Positions 47,060-58,255 of a DNA stretch of 64,000 nucleotides are shown one piece after another. Origin of the DNA: an uncultured Acidobacteriota bacterium (lineage in GTDB: Bacteria > Acidobacteriota > Thermoanaerobaculia > Gp7-AA8); contig CAWGHO010000002.1 of assembly GCA_963822445.1 (NCBI GenBank), forward strand, positions 192,001-256,000. The letters are read 5' to 3'. Position 1 is the stretch's first letter. Every line of letters starts with the position of its first letter. The position numbers and the translations under genes are program-made. The notes beneath the pieces are model-generated. The model had not been told where the DNA came from. It made no database searches and worked only from the letters and a program-made list of their open reading frames with translations.

Positions 47060-50000
47060 TCAACGAATGTGCCGGCGGATCAGGCGCTGCAGCACTTTCG
47101 GGAACTGCTTCAAATCTCCCTGGGTCAGCTGGCTGATGATGTGCGCACCGAGCTCGCGGTAACTCTCGAACTGCGTCTCGCTGAAGAACTGGTCGACTGT
47201 CGATTCCTGCGGGAACGGTTTCCCTTCCCGCGAGTAGTTCACGACGTCGATCGGACAGTCGGGATAGACGCGCGGCTTGATGTAGATCAGCCAGCCGTTC
47301 TTCAGAAAGTGGCCGGGTGATGCGGCGGCCTTGTAGCGGATCTCTCCGATCGCGCAATACCCGGACTGCTGTTCGGTGGAGCCGATCGAGAACGTGGTGA
47401 ACTCGATGGGGATGCCGAGGTCGATCCGGATCTTGCGCACGGCGTTGGCCAGCTCGCCGAACTCGTATTCGGGATCGGCGGCGGCATCGCTGACGATGAT
47501 CAGCCGGCAGCGGCGCCGGACCATTTCGTACAACCCGAGGTTTTCGAAATGACCGCCGTCGGAGAGGAAGACGTACTTGCTCTCGTCATTGGTGTTGCCG
47601 GTGGCCTCGCTGACCAGAGGCCCCAGCGCGAACCGCGGTCCGGCGAAGCGATACGAGCTCTTGGAGGGATTCCCCAGCCACCATCCGAGTCGCGCATTGA
47701 AGAGCGTGAGAAGGGCGGTGACCGTCGACGACGAGTTGTAGCCCATGTTCGAGCTGACCGCGGCGCCGGAGACGGCCATCGCCGTGCCGAGGGAGATGCC
47801 GCGCGGGCCGCCGTACTCGGCCGAGTCCCGATAGCCGAGACGCTCCACGGCTGCTCCGGTATGCAGCGGCGAGACGGTGAACGACTCCGCCTTCCGGTCC
47901 TGCCAGGCCAGGTTGTCTCCGCGGACGAGATTCAACGCGATGTTGATGACATGCAGTGGAGTCGACCTCGATCGCTTGCGAACGAAGGCGGGGTACTGAT
48001 CCTCGAGATACTGCCGGTTCCGTCGCAACGTCTCGATGGTGGCCGGGGCGGCGCGGCCGGTGGCGAGATCGGTGCCGCGCATCATCTGGTTCAGCGACCC
48101 GAAAACCACGGTCGTGATCTCGTTCCGCATCTTGTCCCGCTCGCCGCGGTCACTCAACTCGAGAAATTCCGCGATGCGCTTCCGAACGCGCTTGGGTAGT
48201 TTGTCGTGCACGATCCGGCCGTTCTTCTGAATCTCCATGAGAAATCCGTCGAGGTCATGGAAGCTGGTCGACCAGAGGAACTCCGGCCGCAGCTGGGCCA
48301 TGAGCAGGTCGTCCTGCGGATCGAAGCCGGTGAACGGGTCGGGGCGACGGAACCAGCGCGATGCGCCGAGATACGCGCGAATCAGCCGATTCCTGTACAT
48401 GCCGTGCATGGAGTACGTGTTGACGTCGAACAGAAGAGCCCCGATCGCGGCGACGGCGAGGATTGCGACGAACACCAGAACGAGCATCACCCATTCACCG
48501 CTGCGCAGCGTGGCCAGGTGCCGTTTCGTGGAGACATTGGGTTCGAGCAGCTTCGCGGTTTTCGACGGAGATGGTTTGACCGGCGTGAGGGTATATCCCG
48601 GTGGAACGACCCACAGTTCGGCCTCCGCCGCTCGCTCAGTGGTCTTCGGGGCCGGTTTCGGGGCGAGGCCGGTAAGCACTTTCGAAACGCCCAGCGAAAG
48701 ACCGGAGATGATCACCACCAGCGCCAACACGGCGGCGGCGCTCAGCAGGCGGGCTTTCCACTCGGCCTGCTTCTCCTTGGCCTTCGTCTTGTCACCGTGG
48801 CCGCGCACCAGGGCAACCAGTCCGGAGACGCCGCCGACCGCGGAGATGATCGCCGGCGCCTTGGTCAGCAGCGCCGGGCCGACGATGGCCAGCACGCCGA
48901 GCAGCAGCCAGAAGACGCCGGCCAGCAGCGTGATCGCCGCCGCGCGGGCCCACCACTCGCGCTCCAACTCCCCCGAAACGAGCGTGACGATGCCGACGAG
49001 AAGAGTGGACTCGACGAACAGCACGAGCAGGAACAGCGGCATCGCGCTGATCGTGTAGATCTCCGGCGCCTCGATGAGTCGCACCCCGAGGGCTTTGTGG
49101 ATCTCAGCAGGCGGCATCAGGCGGGCGCCGAGGTAGACCAGGCCGGCACCCGCGAGCGCAGCCGCGGCCGCGGCGAAAATCTCCAGCGCGATTTTCGGGA
49201 CGCCGACCCTGTTGACGAACGATTTCGCGATCCAGCCGAACGATCGGTGGCGATCAAGTGCGTTCAGCTCCTCGTGATCCGAATGCTTGAGCTGCTGGTA
49301 GTAGCGGCCCAGGTAAATCGCCGAGGCCAGGAGATTCGCGACGCCGAACAGCGTGAGCGAGCGCCGGAAAACGTCGATTGGAGGGATGTCGCTGACGCGG
49401 CCCCTGATGGCCCAGGCGGTGGTCAGAAACAGCGCTGAGATAGCGACTAGCCCCACGAACCAGAAGATCTTCTTCCGGCGCCGCCGGATGTCGCGGATCG
49501 TGTCCATCTTGCCGGGAACGTATTCCCCCGCCGGCCGGATGACCGCGAGGGCAGCCATGGCCAGGATCAGGGCGATCCACCCAATCCAGAGGTGAGCCAG
49601 GTGCTCCTCGCCGTAGAGAATCCAGGTCTCGTAAAGCCGCGGCACGATCAGCAACACGATCACCGGCGGCAAGAGCATGGTCCAGTTCAGGAGCAGGTTC
49701 CGCGCGTAGGTTGCGAAGATCGACCAGAGATCGGGACCGAACAGCGTCGGCCGGGGCGCGAGGTAGTTGCTGTACTCGCGGAGATGCCCGACCGGACCCG
49801 GCTCCGGATCGAGCGGATCGACGCTGACCGCGGCCATGTCGCGGTTGACGCCGTCCATTCCGTCGACGTGCCGCCGGATCCACGACGATAGCCAGGACCC
49901 GATGTAACCGCCGCCGGAAACGGTCGAGAGATAGTCGATTTTCGGCAGTAGATTGCGGCGCGCCAGCCCCTGCAACACGCCGAGGTTGAACGTCGCGCTG

Positions 50001-50872
50001 CGAATGCCACCACCCGAGAAACAGAGCGCGACCAGCCCCTCGGCATTGAACCGTTCCAGCATCGCGCTTTCATCGCGATGGTCGTGGAGGTGTGCGTCGA
50101 ATGCCGTTTCGAGCAGCAACGCGTTCGCGCGAAACTCCGCGCCTGCCGGGAGGGTTGACTGCACTGGATGACCAGGTTCGCCAGCGTCGACGAGTTGCTG
50201 CAGCACCTTCGCCGGATCGCAGGGAACGCCGCACGAAACCTTCCGCAGCTGCGTTCTTTTCTTCGACGAATCGAGCAGAGCCTCGCGCAGCGCGGGGCTG
50301 TCGATGATCGCGCCGAGGAGCTCGCGCTTCTCGCGGACTGCGTCGCGCACGGCGGAATACCCGAGCAGCTCCTTGATCGCATCGCCGTCGTCAAACGCGT
50401 CCGCCAACCGATCGCGATCGTCCAGCAGCTCGTCGCGCCGGAGGTCATCCGCGAGGTACTGCGCGCGCAGCGTAGGACTGGTGAGGATCAGATTCCGGAT
50501 TCGCGGTGAGCCGTTGACCTTCCGCTGAAAATCCGGATAGCGCAGGAGCTTCTGGCAAAGCTCCGGATCCTCGACGAGCTGCGTCAGGGCTTCGGCCAGA
50601 CGCTCCGCGGCTTCCGTACCGGTGGTCAGGTGATAGTCGTCGCTCTTGAGGAGTGACGCGAGAAGCTCGTAGCGATCGGGCAGGGTGTTCGTGCCCCTGC
50701 AGCGTGCCGAGCGTTCGATCTTCGCCAGAAACGTGATCGGCTCGTAAATGTCTGCCGGCCGGAAGTCCCACTCCGCGGCAGTCCAGCTCTCACCGGACCC
50801 GCGATCTCCGGATCGGACCCACTGCAACTCGTCGCGGAGGACGTCCGCGAGCGCGAGCGCTCGTCTGGCCAT
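47060..50872 (-). CDS. Large multi-TM patatin/cPLA2-like phospholipase
   Basis: FSGGGIRSATF, LSTVSGGGY (catalytic Ser), LSDGGHFENLG (catalytic Asp); many TM helices between. Confidence 0.88.
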   Translation of the reverse strand: MARRALALADVLRDELQWVRSGDRGSGESWTAAEWDFRPADIYEPITFLAKIERSARCRGTNTLPDRYELLASLLKSDDYHLTTGTEAAERLAEALTQLVEDPELCQKLLRYPDFQRKVNGSPRIRNLILTSPTLRAQYLADDLRRDELLDDRDRLADAFDDGDAIKELLGYSAVRDAVREKRELLGAIIDSPALREALLDSSKKRTQLRKVSCGVPCDPAKVLQQLVDAGEPGHPVQSTLPAGAEFRANALLLETAFDAHLHDHRDESAMLERFNAEGLVALCFSGGGIRSATFNLGVLQGLARRNLLPKIDYLSTVSGGGYIGSWLSSWIRRHVDGMDGVNRDMAAVSVDPLDPEPGPVGHLREYSNYLAPRPTLFGPDLWSIFATYARNLLLNWTMLLPPVIVLLIVPRLYETWILYGEEHLAHLWIGWIALILAMAALAVIRPAGEYVPGKMDTIRDIRRRRKKIFWFVGLVAISALFLTTAWAIRGRVSDIPPIDVFRRSLTLFGVANLLASAIYLGRYYQQLKHSDHEELNALDRHRSFGWIAKSFVNRVGVPKIALEIFAAAAAALAGAGLVYLGARLMPPAEIHKALGVRLIEAPEIYTISAMPLFLLVLFVESTLLVGIVTLVSGELEREWWARAAAITLLAGVFWLLLGVLAIVGPALLTKAPAIISAVGGVSGLVALVRGHGDKTKAKEKQAEWKARLLSAAAVLALVVIISGLSLGVSKVLTGLAPKPAPKTTERAAEAELWVVPPGYTLTPVKPSPSKTAKLLEPNVSTKRHLATLRSGEWVMLVLVFVAILAVAAIGALLFDVNTYSMHGMYRNRLIRAYLGASRWFRRPDPFTGFDPQDDLLMAQLRPEFLWSTSFHDLDGFLMEIQKNGRIVHDKLPKRVRKRIAEFLELSDRGERDKMRNEITTVVFGSLNQMMRGTDLATGRAAPATIETLRRNRQYLEDQYPAFVRKRSRSTPLHVINIALNLVRGDNLAWQDRKAESFTVSPLHTGAAVERLGYRDSAEYGGPRGISLGTAMAVSGAAVSSNMGYNSSSTVTALLTLFNARLGWWLGNPSKSSYRFAGPRFALGPLVSEATGNTNDESKYVFLSDGGHFENLGLYEMVRRRCRLIIVSDAAADPEYEFGELANAVRKIRIDLGIPIEFTTFSIGSTEQQSGYCAIGEIRYKAAASPGHFLKNGWLIYIKPRVYPDCPIDVVNYSREGKPFPQESTVDQFFSETQFESYRELGAHIISQLTQGDLKQFPKVLQRLIRRHIR

Positions 50873-50910
50873 ATAGTTTGTTGGAGGGAACCCGAAACAA
50901 TCTTACCTCC

Positions 50911-51606
50911 ATGCGGCTGGACATCCTTCATGAAGATGACGCCCTCCTCTTCATCAACAAACCCGCCGGCCTGGTCGTGCAGCAGCGGATGTTCGAGCCG
51001 GACGAGCCGTTTCTGCATGAGCTCGTTCAGCGCTACACCTCGCCAGCGTTTCTGATGCAGCGGCTGGATCGCGGGACGAGCGGAGTCATCTTTTTCTCCA
51101 AGCTCTCCGACATGAACGTCCGCCTGACCCGGCAGTTCGAGCGCAAGCGCATCCGCAAGACCTACCTGGCGCTGTGCGATGGCGAGCTCGGCGAGAAACA
51201 GACCGTGGACGCGCCCATTGCTCGCATCGGGGCGATCAAGTTCGGCGTCCGCGAAGAAGGCAAGCGCGCCGTGACGCACGTAGAGCCTCTTGCGTATTCA
51301 AAGGAAGGATCGCTGCTCGAAATCGTGCTCGAGACCGGCCGGACCCATCAGATTCGGGTCCATCTGGCGGCCATAGGTCATCCCTTGGCAGGCGACTGGC
51401 TCTATGGAGAGAAGAATGAAGCGAGGCCGATGCTGCATGCGGCCGAGCTTGAAATGATGCATCCCTTGACAGGAAAGCCACTTCGCGTCGCGGCGCCCGT
51501 TCCGGAAGACTTCCGGGAGGCGGCGGGGCGGCGCGGAATCCGTCACTTCGAGAGGACGGACCGACCTGCTTCGGATGCAGCTAACTCATTGACGGAGCTA
51601 GAATAA
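50911..51606 (+). CDS. RluA-family pseudouridine synthase
   Basis: NKPAGL, QRLDRGTSG, TGRTHQIRVH, GDWLYG, LHA. Confidence 0.93.
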   Translation: MRLDILHEDDALLFINKPAGLVVQQRMFEPDEPFLHELVQRYTSPAFLMQRLDRGTSGVIFFSKLSDMNVRLTRQFERKRIRKTYLALCDGELGEKQTVDAPIARIGAIKFGVREEGKRAVTHVEPLAYSKEGSLLEIVLETGRTHQIRVHLAAIGHPLAGDWLYGEKNEARPMLHAAELEMMHPLTGKPLRVAAPVPEDFREAAGRRGIRHFERTDRPASDAANSLTELE

Positions 51607-51652
51607 ACACGATATGTGGGCCGTTTCGATAGGCATCACGGAGACAAATAAA

Positions 51653-52072
51653 ATGAAAGTCTGGACGAAGATCGCTTTTGTATTGCTGTTCGTACCGGTG
51701 GTCGCCTCGGCACAGTTCCGCGACCTCGATGCGGCCATGTCGAACCTCGAGCGGGGTTTCGGCAGCGGTGACGTCGACGCGATCGTGTCCGGCATCAGCA
51801 GCGCCGAAAAGGTCATGTTGCAGTTCCCCGGTCTGTCCGACCAGAGCGGCTTCTTCGGCCGCGATCAGGCGGCGTACCTCCTGGACGGCCTGTTCAACAA
51901 GGTCAAGCCAAGCGGCTTCGAGCGCGTGAGCGCCCGTGGCGTCCGCGCGGAGGGGCAGTACCACATCACTGCAAAATGGAACATTGCCGACGGTCCGCGT
52001 GACCTGTACATCACTCTGAAGCAGACTGATGGCAAATGGTCGGTCGTGTCGGTCCGCTCCGCCGGGAACTAA
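51653..52072 (+). CDS. Secreted NTF2-like protein (DUF4783-like)
   Basis: Signal peptide; GFGSGDVDAI, RDQAAYLLDGLF; GGAG upstream. Confidence 0.6.
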   Translation: MKVWTKIAFVLLFVPVVASAQFRDLDAAMSNLERGFGSGDVDAIVSGISSAEKVMLQFPGLSDQSGFFGRDQAAYLLDGLFNKVKPSGFERVSARGVRAEGQYHITAKWNIADGPRDLYITLKQTDGKWSVVSVRSAGN

Positions 52073-52085
52073 CGGAGCCTAACGT

Positions 52086-55000
52086 TTGAAGAAGTCTCGC
52101 GCCGCGGCGTCCATCGTCGCGGCGCTTTTTGTTTTTCTGGCGGCCGCCGCCTGGGGCATTTCGTCCTGGCGCGAGCGTTCGATCGCGACCTCCTTCGGCG
52201 CGCGCTCCAACGAACATCTCAACCACGACATCGCCCGCGTCCGCGCGCGGCTCGGGGCGCTCGAAGGAGAGTTGGACCGCGCCGCGGCACGCATCGCTAC
52301 GCGCATGGCCGCTCGCGCGACCAATCGCGCGGAGCTCTTCCGCATCCTCGACGCCGAAGTCAACGAAGCGGGCCGCGGTGCGCGCGTGCTCGATGCGGCC
52401 GGACAGCCGATCGCCTGGTGGGGCGAGGACTACCGCGCCCACGGCGATCGCACGTATCAATTCGACGTCACCAATCTCTACGTCACCCGCAAGCGCAAAT
52501 CGGGCAACGCGACGATTCAGGTTTTCGAGCGCATCCCCAACGTCCCCGAGCGCACCACAGCCTTCCATCCGCCCGATCCCTGGCTGGTCTCGCTCTGGTT
52601 CCACGGCGGATTCCCGCGGCAGGAAAAGGGCACGCGCCGCTACGAGGTCGCCAGGCGCGACGACGCGAAGCTGTTCGTCGATGCCTATCCGCGTTCACGC
52701 GAAGAAGTCCTTACCGCGACGCGCGCCCAGGGGATCAGCGCGGTCGCGGCGATCCTCGCCGCCGGCGCGCTGATCGTCATCGCCGTCCGCCGCACGCGCC
52801 CGGTCGCGATCATCGCCATCCTGATCGCCCGGGCCGCGCTGCTCTTCGTCACCATTCCCGTCGATCGCCTGCGCATCTTCGGATTCGAGACCTACGCCTC
52901 GAAGATCCTCGGCCCGCTCAGCAAATCACCCGCGGATCTGCTGCTCACCGCGATCGCGCTCGTCGCGATCCTCATTCTTCTGCGTCCGTTCCTGGCGAGG
53001 CTGCAGTGGTATGTCCGCGGTCCGCTCACCGTGCTCGCCGCGTGGGGCTACGTGCTGCTGGCGAAGAACTTCGTCGCCAACTCGCGCGTCTCCGCGCTTC
53101 CCGATCACATTGTTCCGGCGACGACCGCGCAGGGCGTGCTGTTCGCGGCGCTGCTGTTCTTCGCCTTCGCCGTCGCGCTGCTCTGGAGCAAAACTCCGCG
53201 CATGGCCACGCCGCTGCGCGTGGCCGCTATCGCGATCGTCGTGGCCGCGCTGATGTACGTCCCGCTGCACATCTTCGGCCGCGCCAGCGCGCGCCGCTTC
53301 GTCGCCGAAACGTACGCGCCGCTGGTAGCCGGTGAAGCCGGACAGCTGCGGACGATGATCGGCGCCACCCTCGCCGCCGAGTTCTCCCGCATCGACCTCG
53401 GCACGCTCCTGCCCGACGACTACCGCAACACGAACATGGAGGATCTCGCGTACGCGCTCTGGCTGCGCTCCGATCTCTCGAACTGGCGCGTTCCGGCGGT
53501 GATCACGGTGATGAACGAGTTCACCCGCGCGCCGATCAGCCGCTTCGGCGTCGGGCTGCCGCAGTTCGACGACACGGCCCAGACCGAGGATGACGAGATT
53601 CTGCAGGTGGGCAGCATCAGGCGGGTGCTGCTGCATCACGAGTTCGACGTGACCGTGTACGGCACGACCATCGGCCTCGGCAACGTGCACGTGGTCAATC
53701 CCGCCGATCCCGGATCGAGCGCGTTCGCCGACGTGTATCGCGAGTTCTTCGACGACACCAGCGAGGACCTGAGTGGCAGCAGCCCGCAGCGAGAACCGGC
53801 CGTTTACGGCAAAGACGGCACGCCGCTCGGCGCCGTGACCTATCGCCTGCCACAGAACGCCTCGCGCTATTTCGCGCAGCTAAAGGCCGGCGACGGACGC
53901 TGGGTGCGCTCGCCGGAGCCCGATGCAACCGAGCTCTATCTCCACCGCAGCGAGAACGCGCTGTATGTCTTTCCGCTGCAACTGGCGACTGTCGGGCAGC
54001 AGATCCGCCGCGCGGGCGGCGTCGCGATCTGGGCGCTGATCGCGTTGCTCATCGTGCTCGTCTGGCGCTCACTCCCTGGTGTGGTGCAGGCCTCCGGCCT
54101 GCCTTCAGGAGGGCGGAAAGGTAGGCCGGAGGCCCACACTACACGGCTCGACTTCCGAACCAAGACCTCGCTCTACCTGACCGCGGTCGTCATCCTGCCG
54201 CTGATCGTGTTCGTGCTCTTCGTCCGCGCGTATCTCGCGAACCGTCTCGAGTCCGAATATGTCGCCCGCGGCCAGACCGCGCTCAACGCCGCGCAGCGCG
54301 TGATCGAGGACTACATCGGCTCGCAATCCGCCGAGCCGGAGCAGGTCCTCGATGACGAGATCTTCAGCTGGCTCGCGCGCGTCATCGGTCACGATCTGCA
54401 TCTGTATCGCGGCGAGCAGCTGATGGCCTCCAGCCGCCGCGATCTCTTCGCCGCGCACATCGAATCGGAGCGCCTGCCCGGCGAGGTCTACCTCAACATC
54501 ATCCTCGGCGAGCGCCAGCTCTTCCGCGCGAACCGCGCCGCCGGCCCGACGCGTTACGTCGAGATCTACAGCCCCATCAACCTCCGCACCGGCCGCAGCT
54601 ACACCCTCGCGCTGCCGTTCATCGTGCAAGGTCGGCAGATCGAGACGCAGGTCAACGATCTCGCGACCACGATCTACATGCTCCTCGTCTTCATCGCCCT
54701 CGGCGCGATCGCGGTTGCGTTCCGCGTTGCCGGCGGGGTCACGCGGCCCGTGCAGAGTCTCGTCGCCGGTGCACGCGCCATCGCCCGCGGAGACTTCGAA
54801 TATCGCGTCGCCGCACCGGCCGACCCCGACCTCGGCCTGCTCGTCACCACCTTCCGGGACATGTCCCATTCCATCCGCCAGCAACAGGAAGACCTGCGGC
54901 ATGAACGCGATCGCCTGCAGGCGCTGCTCGAGAACATCAACGCCGCGGTCGTGGTGCTCGACGGCGCGATGCGAGCCGGCGAGATGAACGCGCTGGCCCG

Positions 55001-55868
55001 CCGTCTTTTCGGCGAGCACTTCCCGACCTTCCCCGGCGTCCGCGAGTTCCTCTCCAATCATGTCGCCCGGCGCACGGAATCGAAGGAGATCGACGTCACC
55101 ATCGACGACAACGAGCGCACGTTCCGCGTCTCCATCGTTCCCCTGCCGGACAGCGATGAGGAGATGCTGATCGCCGAGGATGTGACGGAGATTCTTCGGT
55201 CGAACAGACTCGAGGCCTGGGGCGAGATGGCCCGGCAGGTCGCCCACGAGATCAAGAATCCGCTGACGCCCATTCAGCTCACGGCCGAACATCTGCGCGC
55301 GGTCTCGGATCGCAACGATCCCAATCTGCCGCAGGTCGTGCGCAGCGCCGTCGAGAACATCCTCCGGCAGGTCGTCACGCTGCGCGAAACCTCGAAAGAG
55401 TTCAGCGATTACGCGTCCCTGCGGCAGGTCCAGCGCAAGCCGGTCGACCTGCAGAAGCTGCTGCGCGACATCGCCTCCGGCTACGCCCAGAGCCGCGAAC
55501 GCGGCATCGAGTTCAAGGCCGAGATCGAGCCGTCGACGCCGCTGCAGTTCCAGGGAGACGAGCGCCTGCTGCGCGGCGCGGTCGCGAATCTGATCGAAAA
55601 CGCGTTCCAGGCCGCGCCGACCGGCGAGGTCCGTCTCGGCAGCCATTGCGTCGATTCGAAGGTCGTCATTACTGTCGAAGACAGCGGGCCGGGAGTTCCG
55701 AACGAAGTGCTGTCGAAGATCTTCGATCCTTATTTCTCGACAAAATCGACCGGCACCGGACTCGGCCTTGCCATTGCACGGAAGGCCGTCGAAGAACATG
55801 GCGGAGCTATCCGAGCGGAGAATGTGAACCCCGGTTTGCGCGTTGTGATCGAGCTGCCAATTCGCTGA
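52086..55868 (+). CDS. Multi-TM sensor histidine kinase (NtrY-like, HAMP-PAS-HisKA-HATPase)
   Basis: [40 protein letters not shown]. Confidence 0.93.
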   Translation: MKKSRAAASIVAALFVFLAAAAWGISSWRERSIATSFGARSNEHLNHDIARVRARLGALEGELDRAAARIATRMAARATNRAELFRILDAEVNEAGRGARVLDAAGQPIAWWGEDYRAHGDRTYQFDVTNLYVTRKRKSGNATIQVFERIPNVPERTTAFHPPDPWLVSLWFHGGFPRQEKGTRRYEVARRDDAKLFVDAYPRSREEVLTATRAQGISAVAAILAAGALIVIAVRRTRPVAIIAILIARAALLFVTIPVDRLRIFGFETYASKILGPLSKSPADLLLTAIALVAILILLRPFLARLQWYVRGPLTVLAAWGYVLLAKNFVANSRVSALPDHIVPATTAQGVLFAALLFFAFAVALLWSKTPRMATPLRVAAIAIVVAALMYVPLHIFGRASARRFVAETYAPLVAGEAGQLRTMIGATLAAEFSRIDLGTLLPDDYRNTNMEDLAYALWLRSDLSNWRVPAVITVMNEFTRAPISRFGVGLPQFDDTAQTEDDEILQVGSIRRVLLHHEFDVTVYGTTIGLGNVHVVNPADPGSSAFADVYREFFDDTSEDLSGSSPQREPAVYGKDGTPLGAVTYRLPQNASRYFAQLKAGDGRWVRSPEPDATELYLHRSENALYVFPLQLATVGQQIRRAGGVAIWALIALLIVLVWRSLPGVVQASGLPSGGRKGRPEAHTTRLDFRTKTSLYLTAVVILPLIVFVLFVRAYLANRLESEYVARGQTALNAAQRVIEDYIGSQSAEPEQVLDDEIFSWLARVIGHDLHLYRGEQLMASSRRDLFAAHIESERLPGEVYLNIILGERQLFRANRAAGPTRYVEIYSPINLRTGRSYTLALPFIVQGRQIETQVNDLATTIYMLLVFIALGAIAVAFRVAGGVTRPVQSLVAGARAIARGDFEYRVAAPADPDLGLLVTTFRDMSHSIRQQQEDLRHERDRLQALLENINAAVVVLDGAMRAGEMNALARRLFGEHFPTFPGVREFLSNHVARRTESKEIDVTIDDNERTFRVSIVPLPDSDEEMLIAEDVTEILRSNRLEAWGEMARQVAHEIKNPLTPIQLTAEHLRAVSDRNDPNLPQVVRSAVENILRQVVTLRETSKEFSDYASLRQVQRKPVDLQKLLRDIASGYAQSRERGIEFKAEIEPSTPLQFQGDERLLRGAVANLIENAFQAAPTGEVRLGSHCVDSKVVITVEDSGPGVPNEVLSKIFDPYFSTKSTGTGLGLAIARKAVEEHGGAIRAENVNPGLRVVIELPIR
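54078..54144. repeat. Family A REP-like palindrome located in-frame inside the kinase gene
   Basis: ggtgtggtgcaggcctccggcctgcctt...aggtaggccggaggcccacactacac; arms match the reverse complement of 1965-2037 with single mismatches. Confidence 0.85.
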
Positions 55869-55871
55869 AAC

Positions 55872-56780
55872 ATGAGAAAAGTCATCATCGTCCTGTCGCT
55901 TTTTGCCCTCGCGCTCGGCTCGCCCGTCGCGGTGACGAACGGTGCCGTGGAAGAGACGAAAACCACGCTGCGGCAGCACGTCCTCAAGCTCATCAATGCC
56001 GACCGGGCGCTGTACAACCTGCCCCCGGTCGAGCTCGACGTCGAGGCCTCGACCATCGGCGACGAGTACTGCCGCACGCAGATCCGCAATCGCACCACGG
56101 GGCACTTCACTCTCGACGGGATGCCGCCGTACATGCGCTACTCGCTGGCCGGCGGGAACCACGGCGTGAGCGAAAACGCCGCGGCCTGGTCGGCGAACTA
56201 CAGATTCAGCGATCGCGCCCTGTACGAAATGGCCCGGCGTTCTCAGGACGCGATGATGGCCGAGGCGCCGCCGCATGATGGGCACAAGCGGACGATTCTC
56301 GATCCGCATGCGACGCACGTCGGGATCGGGCTGGCGTGGGACCGCGGCGAGTTCCGTCTCGTCCACGAATTCGTCCGCCGCTACGTCGACTGGACCCGTC
56401 CGCTGCCGCGCGAAGCATCGACCAACGAACGGGTCACCGGCTCGGGCCGCGTTCTTTCCGGCACGCGCATCGAGGCCGTGACGGTCCATCACGAAAACAC
56501 GCCCGAGACCATGCCGGCCCACGTGGCCAGCGCTATCGATTCGTACTCGTTGCCCGACAAGCGCCGCGAATACCATCCTGGCCGCCGCGGCGACGTGAAG
56601 CTCGGACAGGACGGACGGTTCACGTTCAGCGTGCCGTTCACCGAAGGGCCGGGGATTTACACGGTGGTGGTGTGGGTGAGCAAGGACGGCGTCAAGCAGC
56701 CCATCGCGGCGAGCAACGTCTCCATCCGAGTGGAAGGCGCATTGCAGACGTACACGCGCGCCAGCACCGCTGGCCGCTGA
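55872..56780 (+). CDS. CAP (SCP) domain secreted protein
   Basis: LINADRA, GH, SENAA, GHKRTILDP..THVGIG. Confidence 0.88.
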   Translation: MRKVIIVLSLFALALGSPVAVTNGAVEETKTTLRQHVLKLINADRALYNLPPVELDVEASTIGDEYCRTQIRNRTTGHFTLDGMPPYMRYSLAGGNHGVSENAAAWSANYRFSDRALYEMARRSQDAMMAEAPPHDGHKRTILDPHATHVGIGLAWDRGEFRLVHEFVRRYVDWTRPLPREASTNERVTGSGRVLSGTRIEAVTVHHENTPETMPAHVASAIDSYSLPDKRREYHPGRRGDVKLGQDGRFTFSVPFTEGPGIYTVVVWVSKDGVKQPIAASNVSIRVEGALQTYTRASTAGR

Positions 56781-56787
56781 CGAAGCA

Positions 56788-57702
56788 GTGCAACAACACG
56801 ACGCTCCCTACGACGCGGTCATCATCGGCGGAGGCCCCGCCGGCCTCACCTGCGCGATCTTCCTCGGCCGCTATCGCCGTCGCGTCCTGGTCATCGACGC
56901 CGGCCGTCCCCGCAACTACGCCACGGAAGCGATTCACGGTTTCCTCGGCCATCACTCGATCAAGCCAGCGGAGCTACTCACGCGCGGTCGCGCCGAAGCG
57001 GAAGTGTCGGGCGTCGAGTTCCGCGACGCCGGCGTGACGAAGATCGAGCGCGTCGGCGATGTCTTCGAAGTCTCCGCCGGAGAAACGGTTCGCGCGCGGC
57101 GGATCGTCCTCGCGTACGGGGTGCGGGACACACTGCCGGACATCCCCGAGATCGAGAGCTACTACGGCAAGACCGTCCATCACTGCCCCGACTGCGACGG
57201 ATACGAGTCCCGCGATCAGCGCATCGGCGTGATCGGCTGGGGCAAAGCAGCGGTCGGACTCGCATTGAAAATGCTGCAGTGGACCGACGACGTCGTCGTG
57301 TTCACGCACGGACACGATCGCGAATGGGATGACGAAGAGCACAGCAAGCTGCTCGCGGAAACGATCGACGTGAAGGACGAGAAGGTCGTTGCGCTCGAAG
57401 GTAAGGACGGGAAGGTGTCCGCCGCCGTCCTCGCCACCGGCGAGCGCGTTCCGGTCGAGCGCCTCTTCTTCAACATCAACGTCGAGCGTTCCTGCACGTT
57501 TGCCGAGGAGCTGGGGTGCGAGGTCGATCCCGAGACGCCCAACGTGAAGGTGAACGAGCACCGCGAGACGACGGTCGAGGGTGTGTGGGCGATCGGCGAT
57601 CTGACCGAAGGCGCTCAACTCGCGATCACGGCCGCGGCCGATGGTGCGGTGGCGGCGATCGCGATCAACAAGTCGCTGCTGCCGCCGTCACGGCAAGTGT
57701 GA
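56788..57702 (+). CDS. Thioredoxin reductase-like NAD(P)/FAD oxidoreductase
   Basis: IIGGGPAG, HCPDCDG, GVWAIGD. Confidence 0.9.
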   Translation: MQQHDAPYDAVIIGGGPAGLTCAIFLGRYRRRVLVIDAGRPRNYATEAIHGFLGHHSIKPAELLTRGRAEAEVSGVEFRDAGVTKIERVGDVFEVSAGETVRARRIVLAYGVRDTLPDIPEIESYYGKTVHHCPDCDGYESRDQRIGVIGWGKAAVGLALKMLQWTDDVVVFTHGHDREWDDEEHSKLLAETIDVKDEKVVALEGKDGKVSAAVLATGERVPVERLFFNINVERSCTFAEELGCEVDPETPNVKVNEHRETTVEGVWAIGDLTEGAQLAITAAADGAVAAIAINKSLLPPSRQV

Positions 57703-58236
57703 CCCGACGGTATACACGGCAAAGACTCGATACGGACCCGGCTCCGAGTGCTCGAAGCGGCCCGACTCGAGCAACTCGATCGCTTCCTGTTCCGAAGCGA
57801 GCAGGCAATGCTCGTTCACGCGAATCTCAGACGCCAGGGAGTTGCATGACAGCGGCGAGCACTCCGCCGTGGTGCCCGTGTAGAAGGTAACCACGTCGAA
57901 CCCTTGCAGGTGCTTCTTCGGAGGCTCGACGACGGACGTCGGAAAAGCGGAGTCCGGTGCAATCGCCTCCCACGTCCTCGAGTCGGTGAGTTGCTTCTCC
58001 GACACTTCGTAATAAAACAGCGTCGTTCCGTCGAGATCGATCGAATGCTCGATCGCCAGTTGCTTGATGACCTCCGGCGAATCGAAAAACCAATAGCCGT
58101 TGTGCTTCCAGTAGTCGATGAACTCCGCGAAGTTCGGCGACATGCAGGCACCGACCGAGTAGATATCGGCGACATCGGCAACGAGCCATTCCGGCCGCGC
58201 CGCGACACGCTTCGCCATGTAACCGACTGGAATCAT
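57688..58236 (-). CDS. Hypothetical protein
   Basis: 182-aa ORF, aromatic-rich (WKHNGYWFFDS), ECSPLSCN. Confidence 0.7.
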   Translation of the reverse strand: MIPVGYMAKRVAARPEWLVADVADIYSVGACMSPNFAEFIDYWKHNGYWFFDSPEVIKQLAIEHSIDLDGTTLFYYEVSEKQLTDSRTWEAIAPDSAFPTSVVEPPKKHLQGFDVVTFYTGTTAECSPLSCNSLASEIRVNEHCLLASEQEAIELLESGRFEHSEPGPYRVFAVYTVGSHLP

Positions 58237-58255
58237 GAACCAGGACCTCGGCCGG

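Noticed and set aside
47060-50872. Patatin as a CBASS effector
   Set aside because: No CD-NTase or other CBASS genes adjacent, and the multi-TM architecture differs from CapV.
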